From positions 13,166,101-13,230,100 of the forward strand of contig NC_092677.1 in assembly GCF_964355755.1 (NCBI RefSeq): a stretch of DNA of 64,000 nucleotides, in the 5' to 3' direction. The position numbers were made by a program, and so were the translations under genes. The DNA is from Antedon mediterranea (lineage: Eukaryota; Animalia; Echinodermata). Positions 1 through 14,500 of the stretch are shown here, in pieces (positions within the stretch are counted from its first letter, which is position 1; every line of letters starts with the position of its first letter). Under the pieces are notes generated by a model. The model worked only from the letters and a program-made list of their open reading frames with translations. It searched no databases and was not told the origin of the DNA.

Positions 1-978
1 ATTTTTGATTAAGGCATTTATTTTGAAGAAGGTTGGATACTAGATTGTAAAAGTTATGTAAAGCTGTTGTTTAAAGTGCTTACTGGATTTTTGAAAGTTG
101 AAGTTGATTGAAATTAAAGCTTTGTTTTTAAATTATTTTACAACTTTGTGGATTTTGTGTGTATACTTTTATGTCACATAGAAGTATTTTAAAACGCTCG
201 GAAACATACGTAAAGGGAGTTCGTGACACATCCAACAATGTACATATTAAATGAATTAATTAAAACTCACACATTACCTTAGAATCATAGCTAGGCTTAC
301 ATATTAACAGATTCTGCCAAAAAAGGAAAAACAATTAATTCAGCAATGCGACAAGAGGCTAGGCCAATAGCAATGTACGATGTTCGTACGCTACCGCTCT
401 TTATCAGCTAGGCCTACAAATTTAAGCCCAACTAAGCTGGCCTACGAGAAAACTTTTGACGCGAGCTACTTAGGTAGTGCACGGGTTTAAAATTTTTATC
501 ATAATTGATCTTAATAGAACGCACATTTAAGACAAGAAATGTATGCATTAATTTTACAGAACGTCAAAAATTGCAGGTCCAGTATCTTGAACAGCATCGA
601 GAGAGAAAGAGTAAGGTGCATCACCATGGAGGTATAAAATAATCGGTTTTGCGAGTATGACGTCATGAGCTCAGGCATGAATCATGAATATTCATTCATG
701 ATATATGCACGCCCTCTAATTTTAGTTTTAATGCATCCTGGGTATAAAATAAAATAAAACCTCGAAGAGATTAGTAAACAAAAAATAATTCTGAACCTAT
801 ATAAAAAGCAAACTGGCACATGCTTATAGTAGGCCCGGATGTAATAATGTTGTATACAAATTACTGGTGATGGAAGATACTGTTTGTAAATAGTAAAATA
901 AAACTACAGATATCAGACTAATTTCAGTTCGGCGACTAACATTTGCTATTGTTAAGCACCTCCTATTTCAAAATCCTG

Positions 979-1910
979 TGGCCGTATTCACCAATCTCAC
1001 TTAGGCTAAGGGAAATACTTACCCATAAAATTTAAGGGATTCAGTTACCTAAGGAAAACACTTAATTTAAGGGTAAAACTTAAGGGTAAAAATAATCATA
1101 AATATTCATGAGTTGTCCTATTGTCCAATCACAGAGGATTTAATTCCCCTATGGTCCAATCACTTTCATCTCTAAAACTAATTTGCATATTTAAAAAAAG
1201 AGCCGAGGTTGTGGGGATGGGGAGGATAAGAGAAAAGTGTGTGGAAGAAAATGAATATTAGACCTAGACTAAATTTATGAGGATCAAGAAAATAGGTCTA
1301 GCCTATATATACTAACAAATCAACATTCTGTGTAGGCCTAAACCTGTCTGTATTGGGGAATATGCACCCTAGGCTTGTTACTGGGCAGACCAACAGGGGG
1401 CATAGTAGGATCTCCACCTAGCCTACTACTAGAGAATGGGCTAATTTCTATTAGGCCTACAACGAAATGGGAAGCCATCTTCCACGAAAATAATGTCAGT
1501 CAAAACAAAAACAAATAAATGAATATATAGGCATAGACTAATTTGTATAGTGAGGATCAGCAAAAAAGGTCTAAATGCTACTCAAACCAAACATGAATCC
1601 TAGGCTGGTTAGTGGGCAGACCAATAGGGGGCCTAGCATCTCTACCTAGCCTAGACTGGGGCTGTCTGCAAGTAGGCATAGTACTCGAACATACAGAATC
1701 GTCAGCACAACCAAGGTACTGAATAGTTAAGGGAAAAACTCTGAGGTCCCTTAAAAGTTAAGGGGAAAATAGACCAAGTTAAGGGTTTCCCTTAACCTTA
1801 AACCATTTGTGAATACCACTTAAGTGAAACCCTTAATATTTTCTTGATTTAAGAGAAATTCTTAGGATTTAAGGGAAATATCTCACTCAAGTTATTGGTG
1901 AATACGGCCA
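979..1910. mobile_element. Non-autonomous PIF/Harbinger-like DNA transposon (~930 bp)
   Basis: 17-bp terminal inverted repeats TGGCCGTATTCACCAAT (from 979) and ATTGGTGAATACGGCCA (to 1910), flanked by a 3-bp CTG duplication (976-978, 1911-1913). Subterminal TAAGGG repeats; no transposase ORF. Confidence 0.8.
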
Positions 1911-2661
1911 CTGGATCCGCTGACTGTCATTGATGTGCACACTACATATGTTGACATGGATGAACGTAGTTCGATCGAAACGTAGCTTGGTTCGGTGATA
2001 AGACCTATAGAATCATATTAATCTTTTCGTTTTTGTTACAAAAGTCTAGATGGTTCGAAAAAGCAGTGAGATATGTGACATCTTCGCTTAGTTATAGTTG
2101 CTCTGTTGCTCGATGTGTTTTTGTTTATGGGTGGATTTATGTTTGTATATACAGTATCTTATTCGCTCGAATTATTAGAAAGAAATCATTCATTTACCAC
2201 CGTAAACTACACAATTATTTTATTTCAAATAAACATCATTGTGTATTTAAAAATTCTACTAAGAACACAAAATATGTATCTTTTTTATGTAAAAGTAAAT
2301 AATGTGATACTGCCCTCTTTTTTATTTTTAAATTAGCGTTGTGATGCTAAAATAATAAAACACCAAAAAAGGGAAATTTGAATAATTGTAGGCCTAAAAT
2401 AATAAAATGTTGATATTCATCGTCATAAAAAATGTCATCAACATACATGCCATTGTGTACGTGCTAATCATATGCCACTTTAAAATTTAATGAAAGTGAA
2501 GTATATTGTTTTAATAACACGCGCCCTCTACGCTCATGATTGTTAAAAGTTAAATCAAACGTGCTGTTTCAAGTTATTTAATTCGCGTAAATCCGTCGGA
2601 TTATGCACATGAGTATTTATAATTAGTACAGTATGTATATTTTTTAAAATATTTATTTACT

Positions 2662-2750
2662 CTACAGCTTACTATGTCGGTCGGTTGGTCGGTCGGTCGG
2701 TAAACACTAACTTGAGCACGCGACTGCAGCCATCTATATGGCCTTGTTGT
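2662..2750 (+). mobile_element. Short Helentron-associated (DINE-1/HINE-like) element, (GGTC)n family
   Basis: CTACAGCTTACTATGTCGGT(CGGT)n...GAGCACGCGACTGCAGCCAT...GGCCTTGTT. Related copies at ~25500-25555, ~43455-43550 (minus) and ~58444-58522. The class assignment is inference from the structure. Confidence 0.55.
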
Positions 2751-3219
2751 TACTCGAAAAAGGCGCGAGCAAGCAATGCTATTCAGAAAGTTTCGCTAAA
2801 GCTTGGTTCCCACTAGGACGTAACGCAAGCCTGTTGACCAATGACGACCGACACTTCGAAAAATCCATCGCTTGTAAATGGTAACTTACGTTGCGTTATG
2901 TAGAGGTAACTTACACCATGGTTGAATAAATGAATACCAAAATTGAGAAATGATATGCAACAACAATCAGAAATATGATAGCGTAAGTGAGTGAAATATA
3001 ATATATAAACAGAATTAGGTCACGCAATTTGCAATATCTAATATCGTGTTTCAGAATGATCCTTTATGTTTCGATAATCTGGATACAATATTCCAACCTA
3101 TGGAATAGCCGGGAGGTTCACCAGTACAAGAACAATTTATAACGCACAACAACTATATTCTTGGCATTTAATTGAGTTTGATCACGTGGTATTTGTTATT
3201 TTGTTCCATTCAACGTTAA

Positions 3220-3566
3220 AGATGTATTGTCCCCCTGAAAAAATAATTCTTTAAAAAAAATGTTGTTGAATATTCCATTTTAATGTAACATAATAGTTAT
3301 CCACTTTGACCAAAAATTGGATCGAAAAAAGAATGTATTTACCTGAACAAATGTGATTTAAAGCAAAAAATAGTCCAATTGGCTACCAGCCAGTGGATTT
3401 TTGGTTGAATTTGACCATATATATTGTCATTTTATAAGTGAAAACATTTTTTTTTTCGTTTTTTTTTCCTATGGAAGTGAATAACTTTATTAAAACTACA
3501 AAATAACATACTCAAAGTCTGATTTAATTAATTTTCATTTTTCATGTTTTTGGGGACAATACATCT
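3220..3566. mobile_element. MITE with AGATGTATTGTCCCC termini (Kolobok-like, TTAA site)
   Basis: 15-bp TIR AGATGTATTGTCCCC...GGGGACAATACATCT, preceded by TTAA. A second colinear copy lies at 7351-7665 and a truncated end at ~15023. Confidence 0.75.
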
Positions 3567-5439
3567 TAAATAGATTGAAAGTGGTAACAGCCGATTTTGT
3601 GCCAGGCAAGCCCATGGTACCCTCCCTGAAAACAACATACAGTGCTATGTCAATATTTTTGCTTTTCTCTCTTCTGTACTTTCCGAATCTATAATATTAT
3701 ATAAAATTTAAAATGATTCTGCTTATAACTGAGAAAATTGTAAACGAAAAGGTATAATAAGAAAACAGTCAGAGAGGAGAAGTAGGAAAAGAGAGAAAAC
3801 AATGGGATAGACTGACTTTTTAATTTTTGTGTAATAGCATGATGAAAGTTATATTTGAAATAGGCCTACTTGAAATATAGCCGTTGATCATTCACATCAT
3901 GCCATTATTTGTACCATATTACACTCATAAATATTCATTATTTCACTCATAAATATTCATTATTTGTATACAATTATTATACTGATAACATACTAGACAT
4001 AATGAAGATTATATTAAGCGTTGTGTAATAAAGAATGGATATAGAGGTGATCAGTGTAACGCAAAAACACACAGCGACCTATTAATTTGACCTAATCCAT
4101 CTCATCAACATTTCTTGTAAATTCACTTCTACTAAATATGATAGAACAATGTACGGTAGTTTATTTATAATATTTTAGCGCAAACACAAAGCACAATATT
4201 CGTCTGGAACAGGTATTATGCGTTAAGGATGTGTTTTCATTGTTCATGTATTGAGCTTAAATTGAGCAGGCTGGGTGATTCGTGAGGAAATAATTGATTG
4301 TAGACGTGGCGTGATCCAACTATCGGCTTGTCTACAGAGTTGTTATGTGTCTATCAAGCTATATTTAAATACTGCAGTAAAGTAATTTGAAATTTTCACG
4401 AGTAAGATATTTGAAAAGTGTTGAGAGAAATCTTAATCACTCTCTACACTATCAAAAAAGTTCGCTGTACCCAAATATAGTAGTGATATGCCTAAGTATG
4501 GTAGTGATAATATGAAATCATGTCCATATATGGACACATCACATTTTTTGTCACATAAACTTTGATAGACATATCTTTAGACATAATGGTCCACCATAAA
4601 CAATGCTCAAAGTGAAAACCAAATACAGAATTATTACAGCTATATAACATATCGGAAAGACAAAAATACGTGATACACCTCGCGCAAAATAAATTACTCA
4701 TGCGCACAAAAGCAAAGAATGCAAGTACTAGGCAAAATTGATAAAAACATGAAAAATAACGATTAATTCCCTTTGATAATTAACAAACATATAACAATAT
4801 TAATTTTAACTATATTATGCATTTGATCTTATACATGAATATAAAATGGCCTAATAACGTTCAGTGTTGGAAACGTAAACATGTTTACCATGGATGTTTA
4901 CAAAAGAGTATTTTAACTGAATTAGGCCTAATACAATATGCATACCGTATCCTTTTCCAATGTACATTAACAATGTTACATGCTATTGTACAATCAGCGG
5001 ATCCAAATACTGTACTTCAAAATGTGTGGTATTTAGTTAAAATATTGATTTCTTTTGTATCCAACAAGATAAAATAAAATATCCGTAGTTTGGAACTGTA
5101 GATTAGGCTATATGGATGTTATTGAACATTACAAATTTTTTTTAAATCTAATTCATAATGTAAGCTCAGTTTAAAAAAAAAACAACATGTGTGTATAAAT
5201 ATATAAAATTATATAATTATGTTTTTGCAAGGCATTTTATTTGTAATTTTATTTTTGGTGCAAAACTTCATTAACACAATAACAACATCCTAAGTATTTT
5301 CAAGAGTTTGAAGTTAAAGTTTGACAGAATAAAAGACAATTAATCATATAATTCATTATCAATAATTGCTAAAATAAATCTGACCAGTAGTACTTGCCTA
5401 CAGTGATATTGATTTCGAGCAACGATCTCTGTCAAAACA

Positions 5440-5470
5440 CACTGCGCATGCGTGTTACTAATAAAAACTG
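5440..5470 (+). promoter_or_regulatory. Candidate SCGN proximal promoter (NRF1-like TGCGCATGCG followed by an AT-rich box)
   Basis: ACTGCGCATGCGTG at ~5441-5454 and CTAATAAAA at ~5458, about 120-140 nt upstream of the SCGN ATG. Motif match only. Confidence 0.35.
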
Positions 5471-5582
5471 ATTATACACTGAAAGCAAGGAGAAATTGAG
5501 ACAGATGGTTTTGTACTGCATACGGAGTGTATGAATCGAATCGGCCAGAGAAAATTGATCATTTTACCTGAATTAATTGAAA

Positions 5583-8500
5583 ATGTCTCACGGAAAATAC
5601 GGTAATTTTCTCGCTCAGTATCCGTCCTCTGGAAAGTTGACGGCATATTCTTTTGCCGAAATTTGGGAACACTATGACTCGAATAGTAAGTGGTTTTTAA
5701 ATTGTATTATTATTTACATTGTACGCATTAATACTGACACAATGCTGTCCGTATTGCTATGACTACTATCATACAACTAATTTACGCCATACTATATGAT
5801 CCGTTAAAGTGTTTTTTTCTTGAACAATTACTACTCTGAGAATATGCCATCTGATTTGTGTTATGTGTAACACATTGTTTTGTACAAGTTATGATGACTC
5901 AATGCTAACGTGTTTGATCCAGGTTCATAGGTTACACTTTCTCATTTACTAATTAACATCTTAGTGAAGATGTTATTGTTAGTAGACAAATATCGTTATG
6001 TCTAAAAATCATATTTCAAACTGCAATGAGGAAGCAGTACATAAAAATAAAAATAATTAATTGAATTGTGATGTTCTTTTTAGTTTAACCAGTCTAACGG
6101 TGTTGTAATTACTATGTGTGCAATTGTGTTTTTTTTAATTATTCCATGAACAAAAAGAAGAATAGAAGACAAATATTATTACAAGCATGAAATATTTACT
6201 AGATTATCAGTGAATAATATTTCATTGGCATAATACTCCACATTATTAGACTTACTGTTATAAGTCATGATGTCATTAAATTATAATAATTCTATGATAA
6301 ATAATCACTGATATGGAACTTCATAAGTATGCTATCACCAATGAGACTGCTTCCAAATAAAGATATATTATTATTAGCAGCAGTGAGATACAGCCGATAA
6401 TAATATGCATGTAATTTCCTATAGGCCTAACATGTGGAACGTAACTATACAGAACCAATGAAAAGCTCTGTCTACACTATCAAACAATTTTGACAAAAAC
6501 AAAATTGATGCGCCCAAATATGGTAGTGATATTCTCAAATATGGCAGTGATATGACATCATCGTCATATGGGCACATCACAGTTTGTAGTGTATTAGCAG
6601 CGTAGTGATACAGATTTATAATCATTTAGTATCCTAGGCCTAACATGTTTGACGTAACTAACCGATCCATGTTTAAGATAATGAGGATTATGTATTAGCA
6701 GTAACGTAATAGTGACTACCGATCCATAATGTAGTATACTTTCCTATAGGCCTAAGATGTTTAAAGGTTTTAACTATAACCGATTTAATGATATGGAGAG
6801 GATTGAGTATATGTGTCCATGAATAACAATTGAGATTACATAGGTCTCTTTGGTAACGACACACGTTGTGTGAAATAAATACATTATCAATATAATTATT
6901 ATAATGAGATGAGAGCCAATTACAGTACAATATTGGCAGCTTAATGACTATATCATAAATAATTCATAATGATATACTTTCCGGACTGGCCTAATATTGT
7001 GTAGCAGAATATGGCTTAAATTTGACCCAATGCATACTTCCACATTTTAATGTAGGCCTATATAACATAGCAACAAGCGAAAATTGTATTTCTGTTTTTA
7101 AACATGGGACGTACGCAGCAACAGAACTTAGTACGGTTCGACTAACTTATGCGATAATCTGTGTTTGTTTCGCCTACAAACAATTTGTAAGATGTGAAAC
7201 CCACTAACAGCAGCATTTTTTTTCTGGAAAATATTAGCCTTACATTCTGATTCGATTTACATTCTACGGTAGAAAAACGACATCTCATAATTTTGATTGA
7301 ATAATAAATATAGAATTATACATAGCCTGATAAGTAAATATTTCATTTTAAGATGTTGTCCCCCCTGTTTTTTAATATGCCATTTAAATGTCACATTAGA
7401 GTTATCCACTTTAAACAAAAATTGAAGAAAAAAAATTATTCACATGAAAAACTGTAATTTGAAGCAAAACATATCAAATTGGCTGCTACCCAATGGGTTT
7501 TTGGTTGAATTTAACCATTTATTTTGTCATTTTATATGAGGTAACATAATTGTTTGGGGTTTTTTTTACGGAAGGGATTAACTTCATTAAAACTACAAAA
7601 TAACCTATTCAAAGTTTGATTTAATTATAATCTTCATTTTCATGTTTTTAAGGGACAAAACATCTTTTAATAATTTTGTTAAATTTTATTTACAATATAT
7701 ACAATAACAATTATAAATAGACACGGATTAAAAACAGACACGGATTAAAAACAGACACAAATAAAAAACATCAGATAAAATAACTACTTTAAATAGATTT
7801 ACTACACCAAACCTCATTTGTTTTCTTCTTTTACCGAGTAGAAGGGAAAAAAGAGAAAAAAATTTACGAACAAGCAAAATGCAATATTTTTGAAAATGTA
7901 TCTACCATCTCATTCGGGTCCATACAGTACAGTACATACAATATGATATGTTAAAGATGCCATTATAAGTAGATAGGCAAGACGTAAACATTAACAAGTC
8001 ATCTTGCATAATAACTTCCTTACGTTACTATTACACGATTTGTAATAATCAATTTCAGTCTCACGATGAAATGACTAGTGCACACCAAATGACCTGATGA
8101 GTAAATAATTCATTTTCGACACGAAAATAAAATAAAAACATACAAGGTTTCTGAATAATTGCATTTTGATTAGACTCTGACAAAAAAAAAGTAGGCCTAA
8201 CAGATAATGAATAGAAAACCTGAATCGGAAAATAACAAGAAAAGGTATAACTGACCAAAAGAGTACAGTACAAACATACTTGATATAACCGTAACCATAT
8301 TCTACTTCAAACTACATCCGATTTTGCTGTCACTAGATAGAGTCTGATTATTGAGAGTCATCTAGATACATGTCTGACTGTATTAAATACTTTTAACACA
8401 TGATAACTCGGTCAGTATGGTTCATACAACGTGCGTTTATTCAGACTGATAAGCTCAGAAAAGTACTGTATTCAATAGCTAGTCTTAGAGATGATACGTA

Positions 8501-11500
8501 TTCATTCACTTTACATGATAAGCACACAAATAGAAACAGTAATTTTGAGGATTGTTTTTATACTTTCTGATTTGACGTATTTACATGAGGTAAACGATCT
8601 ACTAATGTAACAAAATTATAATGAGATAGATATTGATTGGCCTATGAGTACTACATATTATTTTTTTCAAATAAAATACAGTATGTTAAGAAAAAGATAT
8701 AATCACTTACCGTACTTGTATCACATACAACATTGTAACAAACGTGATGGCAAATTCCAATTGAACTTTGGAAAGGCAGCGATCCTACGGTTGAAATATA
8801 AAATAAATCATTTGTTAATTCTAAATCTAAAGGCTTTTATCAAATATTAGTACATTAATAAATAAATTACTGTTTTGCCTAGTCCATAAAGGTAAGCAGA
8901 ACATCAAGTGTTAGATCAGATAAATGAAAATCTTGATTCAGCTGCATATTATCTTAAAAAGTCTTCACACCAACAATACACCTATAATCAATATGTTGTA
9001 TACGTTGATACACTTTCATCATATTATTATTATAAATGCCTCCGTGCTTGTTAGTAACACATTTTTAATTGTAGAGACCGTATAATAAGTCGAACAAAAT
9101 AATATTATTAATTAATTATTATAAATGTAATATATAAAACAACCATCAATAGAAAATAAACCGCATACATGAACATGAAACACCAATATGAATAGAAAAT
9201 TGCATTTTAAATCACCCGATTCTGTGGCTGTCAGCAGACTCTATGTGGAAGACTGTTGCCAGTCTACCAGACTTCATCTAACTGTATTAAGTACTTGTAA
9301 TACACGATATTTTAAATTATGAAAATGCCATTACCCAACGGATACTTATCTAGAATAGATATTTTAAAATCAACCTACTCCTTAAAATCGATGTGACGTG
9401 TCCATCATTAGGTTGCCTATGGTTAAACATACTATATTTAATAACAACTTGCCATAGGCTTCCTTGTGGACATGTCACATAATGTAGTGTATTTTGTTTT
9501 GGCAGATGTACAGTACTGTATACAACTGATGAACATAACATTGAAATTTATCACATTGCTACTTTGACAAATCTGAATTTAAAATTTAACGTGAAATTAA
9601 TTTTGTGAAAAATTGAACTAGATAATAAGAGTTTTGAAATCGTAGCATTGGAAAGTAACAGATAATGGTTTATTTAAATCTCTGTGTAGCAAAACAAAAT
9701 ATGAGCTATATACCTATATTTGGATAAGCTATATTATTTGGATAAGCTAAATTATTTGGATAAGCTAAATTATTTGGATAAGCTAAATTATTTAGATAAG
9801 CTATATTATGTGGATAAGCTATACCTTTTTATTTTGACTTAGGTTGTTGTCTACTAATTTGCATAGATGTGTACTAAATAATTTAAATTTTAAGCTAGTT
9901 TTCAAATTATTTATAGCATAGCTTAAAATCATGGAGGTACCATGTTGACATTTTGTTTTACTGTTTTACAAAATCTAGCTAAAATATGTAATTTTATTTT
10001 AATCTTGTTGACAGAATTGAGATCTATTCCTTCCTGATGTTGTTACAACAAATTGTTAATTTATAGTTTTCACAATATTTTTACTATTTCATTATTTCAT
10101 CACTAAATTCTAATATTTGCGGGTTTCTGCTGTTGTGTATTTTTAATAATATATAACTGTACCCTGTGTCAAATGTTATTTTTGATATACCTAATTTAAA
10201 TGTTGCTTGCCGTATTTCAAATATGACATTTCATCATTAACACCATTATCGACTATTTATATGTGCATTGTAATTGACGTAAACTGAAATTTTAAATCTA
10301 GTAAAAATTTCCTCTCTAATGGTACCATAAAGTAATCACATTACCAGGTTGATACTATATTAAACTGAAGGGTTCGCCGATTGATTCAAAGGACTCGAGT
10401 CACAGCTGACAAAGTACTTTAGTGTAAATATCAATAATGAAAACACAATCGATATTTCACAGTAACATCAATGTTGTAACGATGCTAAAAACCAATTTCA
10501 GATTATAATTAAAATGAGTCATATTATTCCTTGGCTAATCATTCAGCCGATTTCTCGGTATTATTTTCAATTTGTATCATAGACAAAATCCAGGCCATGA
10601 TTGTAACCTAACCTTAAACAAATCTATAAATCGAATTTTTGATTCTGCAATTACGGAATGTGCCTATACTGTATGATACTGGACATCAGCATTCCATATT
10701 TTTAAAGACTGATAATTAATCCCATTATAAAAGTATTGTATAATGGCGTAATTTTTTATCTATTTTAAGCTTCATTTTGTGTCCATTGGATATTGTGCTC
10801 TGCCAACAGAGCAAACAGAATTTCTGTTTTTTTCTTAAAACAATAAATGATACTTTACTTGACTTGATTTTAAACTATTATAGTAGTTTCCAATTTACTT
10901 CAATAACGTATAATTTAGTTTCTTTCACGTTTATAATAAGGAAGACACTGCAAAATATAGTATGTATTCCAAAAGACCTCCAAGCTGAATTGAAATAAGT
11001 AGTAAAAAATAATTGAATATTTACAATACATAGTCCATTGCATCATTCTGTATACAACATTACTACTGTAGTAATAAATAATTACTAAAGCTTTTTGGTT
11101 TAGTCGAGGTCGTAGATAATTTGCAAACGATGAAAGATTGTTTCGTCTAGAGACAGTTTACATAATAATAATCCATATTAGGATCAAGGTAGCAATTTAT
11201 TAGAAACCAAACTCGATAAATGTTTACCAGTCATGACTATTTTGTCACTGGGTCTGGAACCAAACTCGATAAATGTTTACCAGTCATGACTATTATGTCA
11301 CTGGGTCTGGAACCAAACTCGATAAATGTTTACCAGTCATGACTATTTTGTCACTGGGTCTGGAACCAAACTCGATAAATGTTTACCAGTCATGACTATT
11401 TTGTCACTGGGTCTGGAACCAAACTCGATAAATGTTTACCAGTCATGACTATTATGTCACTGGTTCTGGAACCAAACTCGATAAATGTTTACCAGTCATG

Positions 11501-14500
11501 ACTATTATGTCACTGGTTCTGGAACCAAACTCGATAAATGTTTACCAGTCATGACTATTATGTCACTGGTTCTGGAACCAAACTCGATAAATGTTTACCA
11601 GTCATGACTATTATGTCACTGGTTCTGGAACCAAACTCGATAAATGTTTACCAGTCATGACTATTTTGTCACTGGGTCTGGAACCAAACTCGATAAATGT
11701 TTACCAGTCATGACTATTTTGTCACTGGGTCTGGAACCAAACTCGATAAATGTTTACCAGTCATGACTATTTTGTCACTGGGTCTGGAACCAAACTCGAT
11801 AAATGTTTACCAGTCATGACTATTTTGTCACTGGGTCTGGAACCAAACTCGATAAATGTTTACCAGTCATGACTATTTTGTCACTGGGTTTGGAACCAAA
11901 CTCGATAAATGTTTACCAGTCATGACTATTTTGTCACTGGGTCTGGAACCAAACTCGATAAATGTTTACCAGTCATGACTATTTTGTCACTGGGTTTGGA
12001 ACCAAACTCGATAAATGTTTACCAGTCATGACTATTTTGTCACTGGGTCTGGAACCAAACTCGATAAATGTTTACCAGTCATGACTATTATGTCACTGGG
12101 TCTGGAACCAAACTCGATAAATGTTTACCAGTCATGACTATTATGTCACTGGGTCTGGAACCAAACTCGATAAATGTTTACCAGTCATGACTATTTTGTC
12201 ACTGGGTCTGGAACCAAACTCGATAAATGTTTACCAGTCATGACTATTATGTCACTGGGTCTGGAACCAAACTCGATAAATGTTTACCAGTCATGACTAT
12301 TTTGTCACTGGGTCTGGAACCAAACTCGATAAATGTTTACCAGTCATGACTATTTTGTCACTGGGTTTGGAACCAAACTCGATAAATGTTTACCAGTCAT
12401 GACTATTTTGTCACTGGGTCTGGAACCAAACTCGATAAATGTTTACCAGTCATGACTATTTTGTCACTGGGTTTGGAACCAAACTCGATAAATGTTTACC
12501 AGTCATGACTATTTTGTCACTGGGTTTGGAACCAAACTCGATAAATGTTTACCAGTCATGACTATTTTGTCACTGGGTCTGGAACCAAACTCGATAAATG
12601 TTTACCAGTCATGACTATTTTGTCACTGGGTCTGGAACCAAACTCGATAAATGTTTACCAGTCATGACTATTATGTCACTGGGTCTGGAACCAAACTCGA
12701 TAAATGTTTACCAGTCATGACTATTTTGTCACTGGGTCTGGAACCAAACTCGATAAATGTTTACCAGTCATGACTATTTTGTCACTGGGTCTGGAACCAA
12801 ACTCGATAAATGTTTACCAGTCATGACTATTTTGTCACTGGGTCTGGAACCAAACTCGATAAATGTTTACCAGTCATGACTATTTTGTCACTGGGTCTGG
12901 AACCAAACTCGATAAATGTTTACCAGTCATGACTATTTTGTCACTGGGTCTGGAACCAAACTCGATAAATGTTTACCAGTCATGACTATTATGTCACTGG
13001 GTCTGGAACCAAACTCGATAAATGTTTACCAGTCATGACTATTTTGTCACTGGGTCTGGAACCAAACTCGATAAATGTTTACCAGTCATGACTATTTTGT
13101 CACTGGGTCTGGAACCAAACTCGATAAATGTTTACCAGTCATGACTATTTTGTCACTGGGTCTGGAACCAAACTCGATAAATGTTTACCAGTCATGACTA
13201 TTTTGTCACTGGGTTTGGAACCAAACTCGATAAATGTTTACCAGTCATGACTATTTTGTCACTGGGTCTGGAACCAAACTCGATAAATGTTTACCAGTCA
13301 TGACTATTTTGTCACTGGGTTTGGAACCAAACTCGATAAATGTTTACCAGTCATGACTATTTTGTCACTGGGTCTGGAACCAAACTCGATAAATGTTTAC
13401 CAGTCATGACTATTTTGTCACTGGGTCTGGAACCAAACTCGATAAATGTTTACCAGTCATGACTATTTTGTCACTGGGTCTGGAACCAAACTCGATAAAT
13501 GTTTACCAGTCATGACTATTTTGTCACTGGGTTTGGAACCAAACTCGATAAATGTTTACCAGTCATGACTATTTTGTCACTGGGTCTGGAACCAAACTCG
13601 ATAAATGTTTACCAGTCATGACTATTTTGTCACTGGGTCTGGAACCAAACTCGATAAATGTTTACCAGTCATGACTATTTTGTCACTGGGTTTGGAACCA
13701 AACTCGATAAATGTTTACCAGTCATGACTATTTTGTCACTGGGTCTGGAACCAAACTCGATAAATGTTTACCAGTCATGACTATTTTGTCACTGGGTTTG
13801 GAACCAAACTCGATAAATGTTTACCAGTCATGACTATTTTGTCACTGGTTCTGGAACCAAACTCGATAAATGTTTACCAGTCATGACTATTTTGTCACTG
13901 GTTCTGGAACCAAACTCGTGCATATTTAAAGTCTTGAAATATCGTTTCTACTATTTGTATTTATAACTTTGTAATATAAATAATATAAAACTATATATAG
14001 AATATAAAATAGGTGAAACATTTAGGGATACTGTATTAACGCTCTTCAACGCGGCAATTTTATGAGATATATGCGTGATATTTTCCCCCGGAAAGCGTTG
14101 TTTTCAAAACAATCACATCTTTTAGGAAAACGAATAATATCATAATATATGCAAGTAATTCTGAGAAGAGGAGTTGGTTATGACTATAGGCCTCTGTTAA
14201 TAACTGAACCCATTATTATTTAAGAAGTGAATCTAATTATTAATTATATATATTTAGCAGTAATTAAACAAAATATTCTGAAAAACTATATGGATACCTC
14301 AAAAACCATACTTTTCTATAAAAGTTGTCAACAATACTGATACTACTAAATCTCAACATCATTATTGCCTGTGTATTCGTGGCAATTTGTACATCTTAAA
14401 TTGGAGGTTACTGTAATTACAACACGTATACACAATAAATCGAAAACACGTTTTACACCCTATATGAAATTCATCTCTCTCAGCGATGCATTTTAATACC

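Noticed and set aside
11203-13918. CRISPR array
   Set aside because: Repeats are head-to-tail with no unique spacers, there are no cas genes, and the context is a eukaryotic intron.
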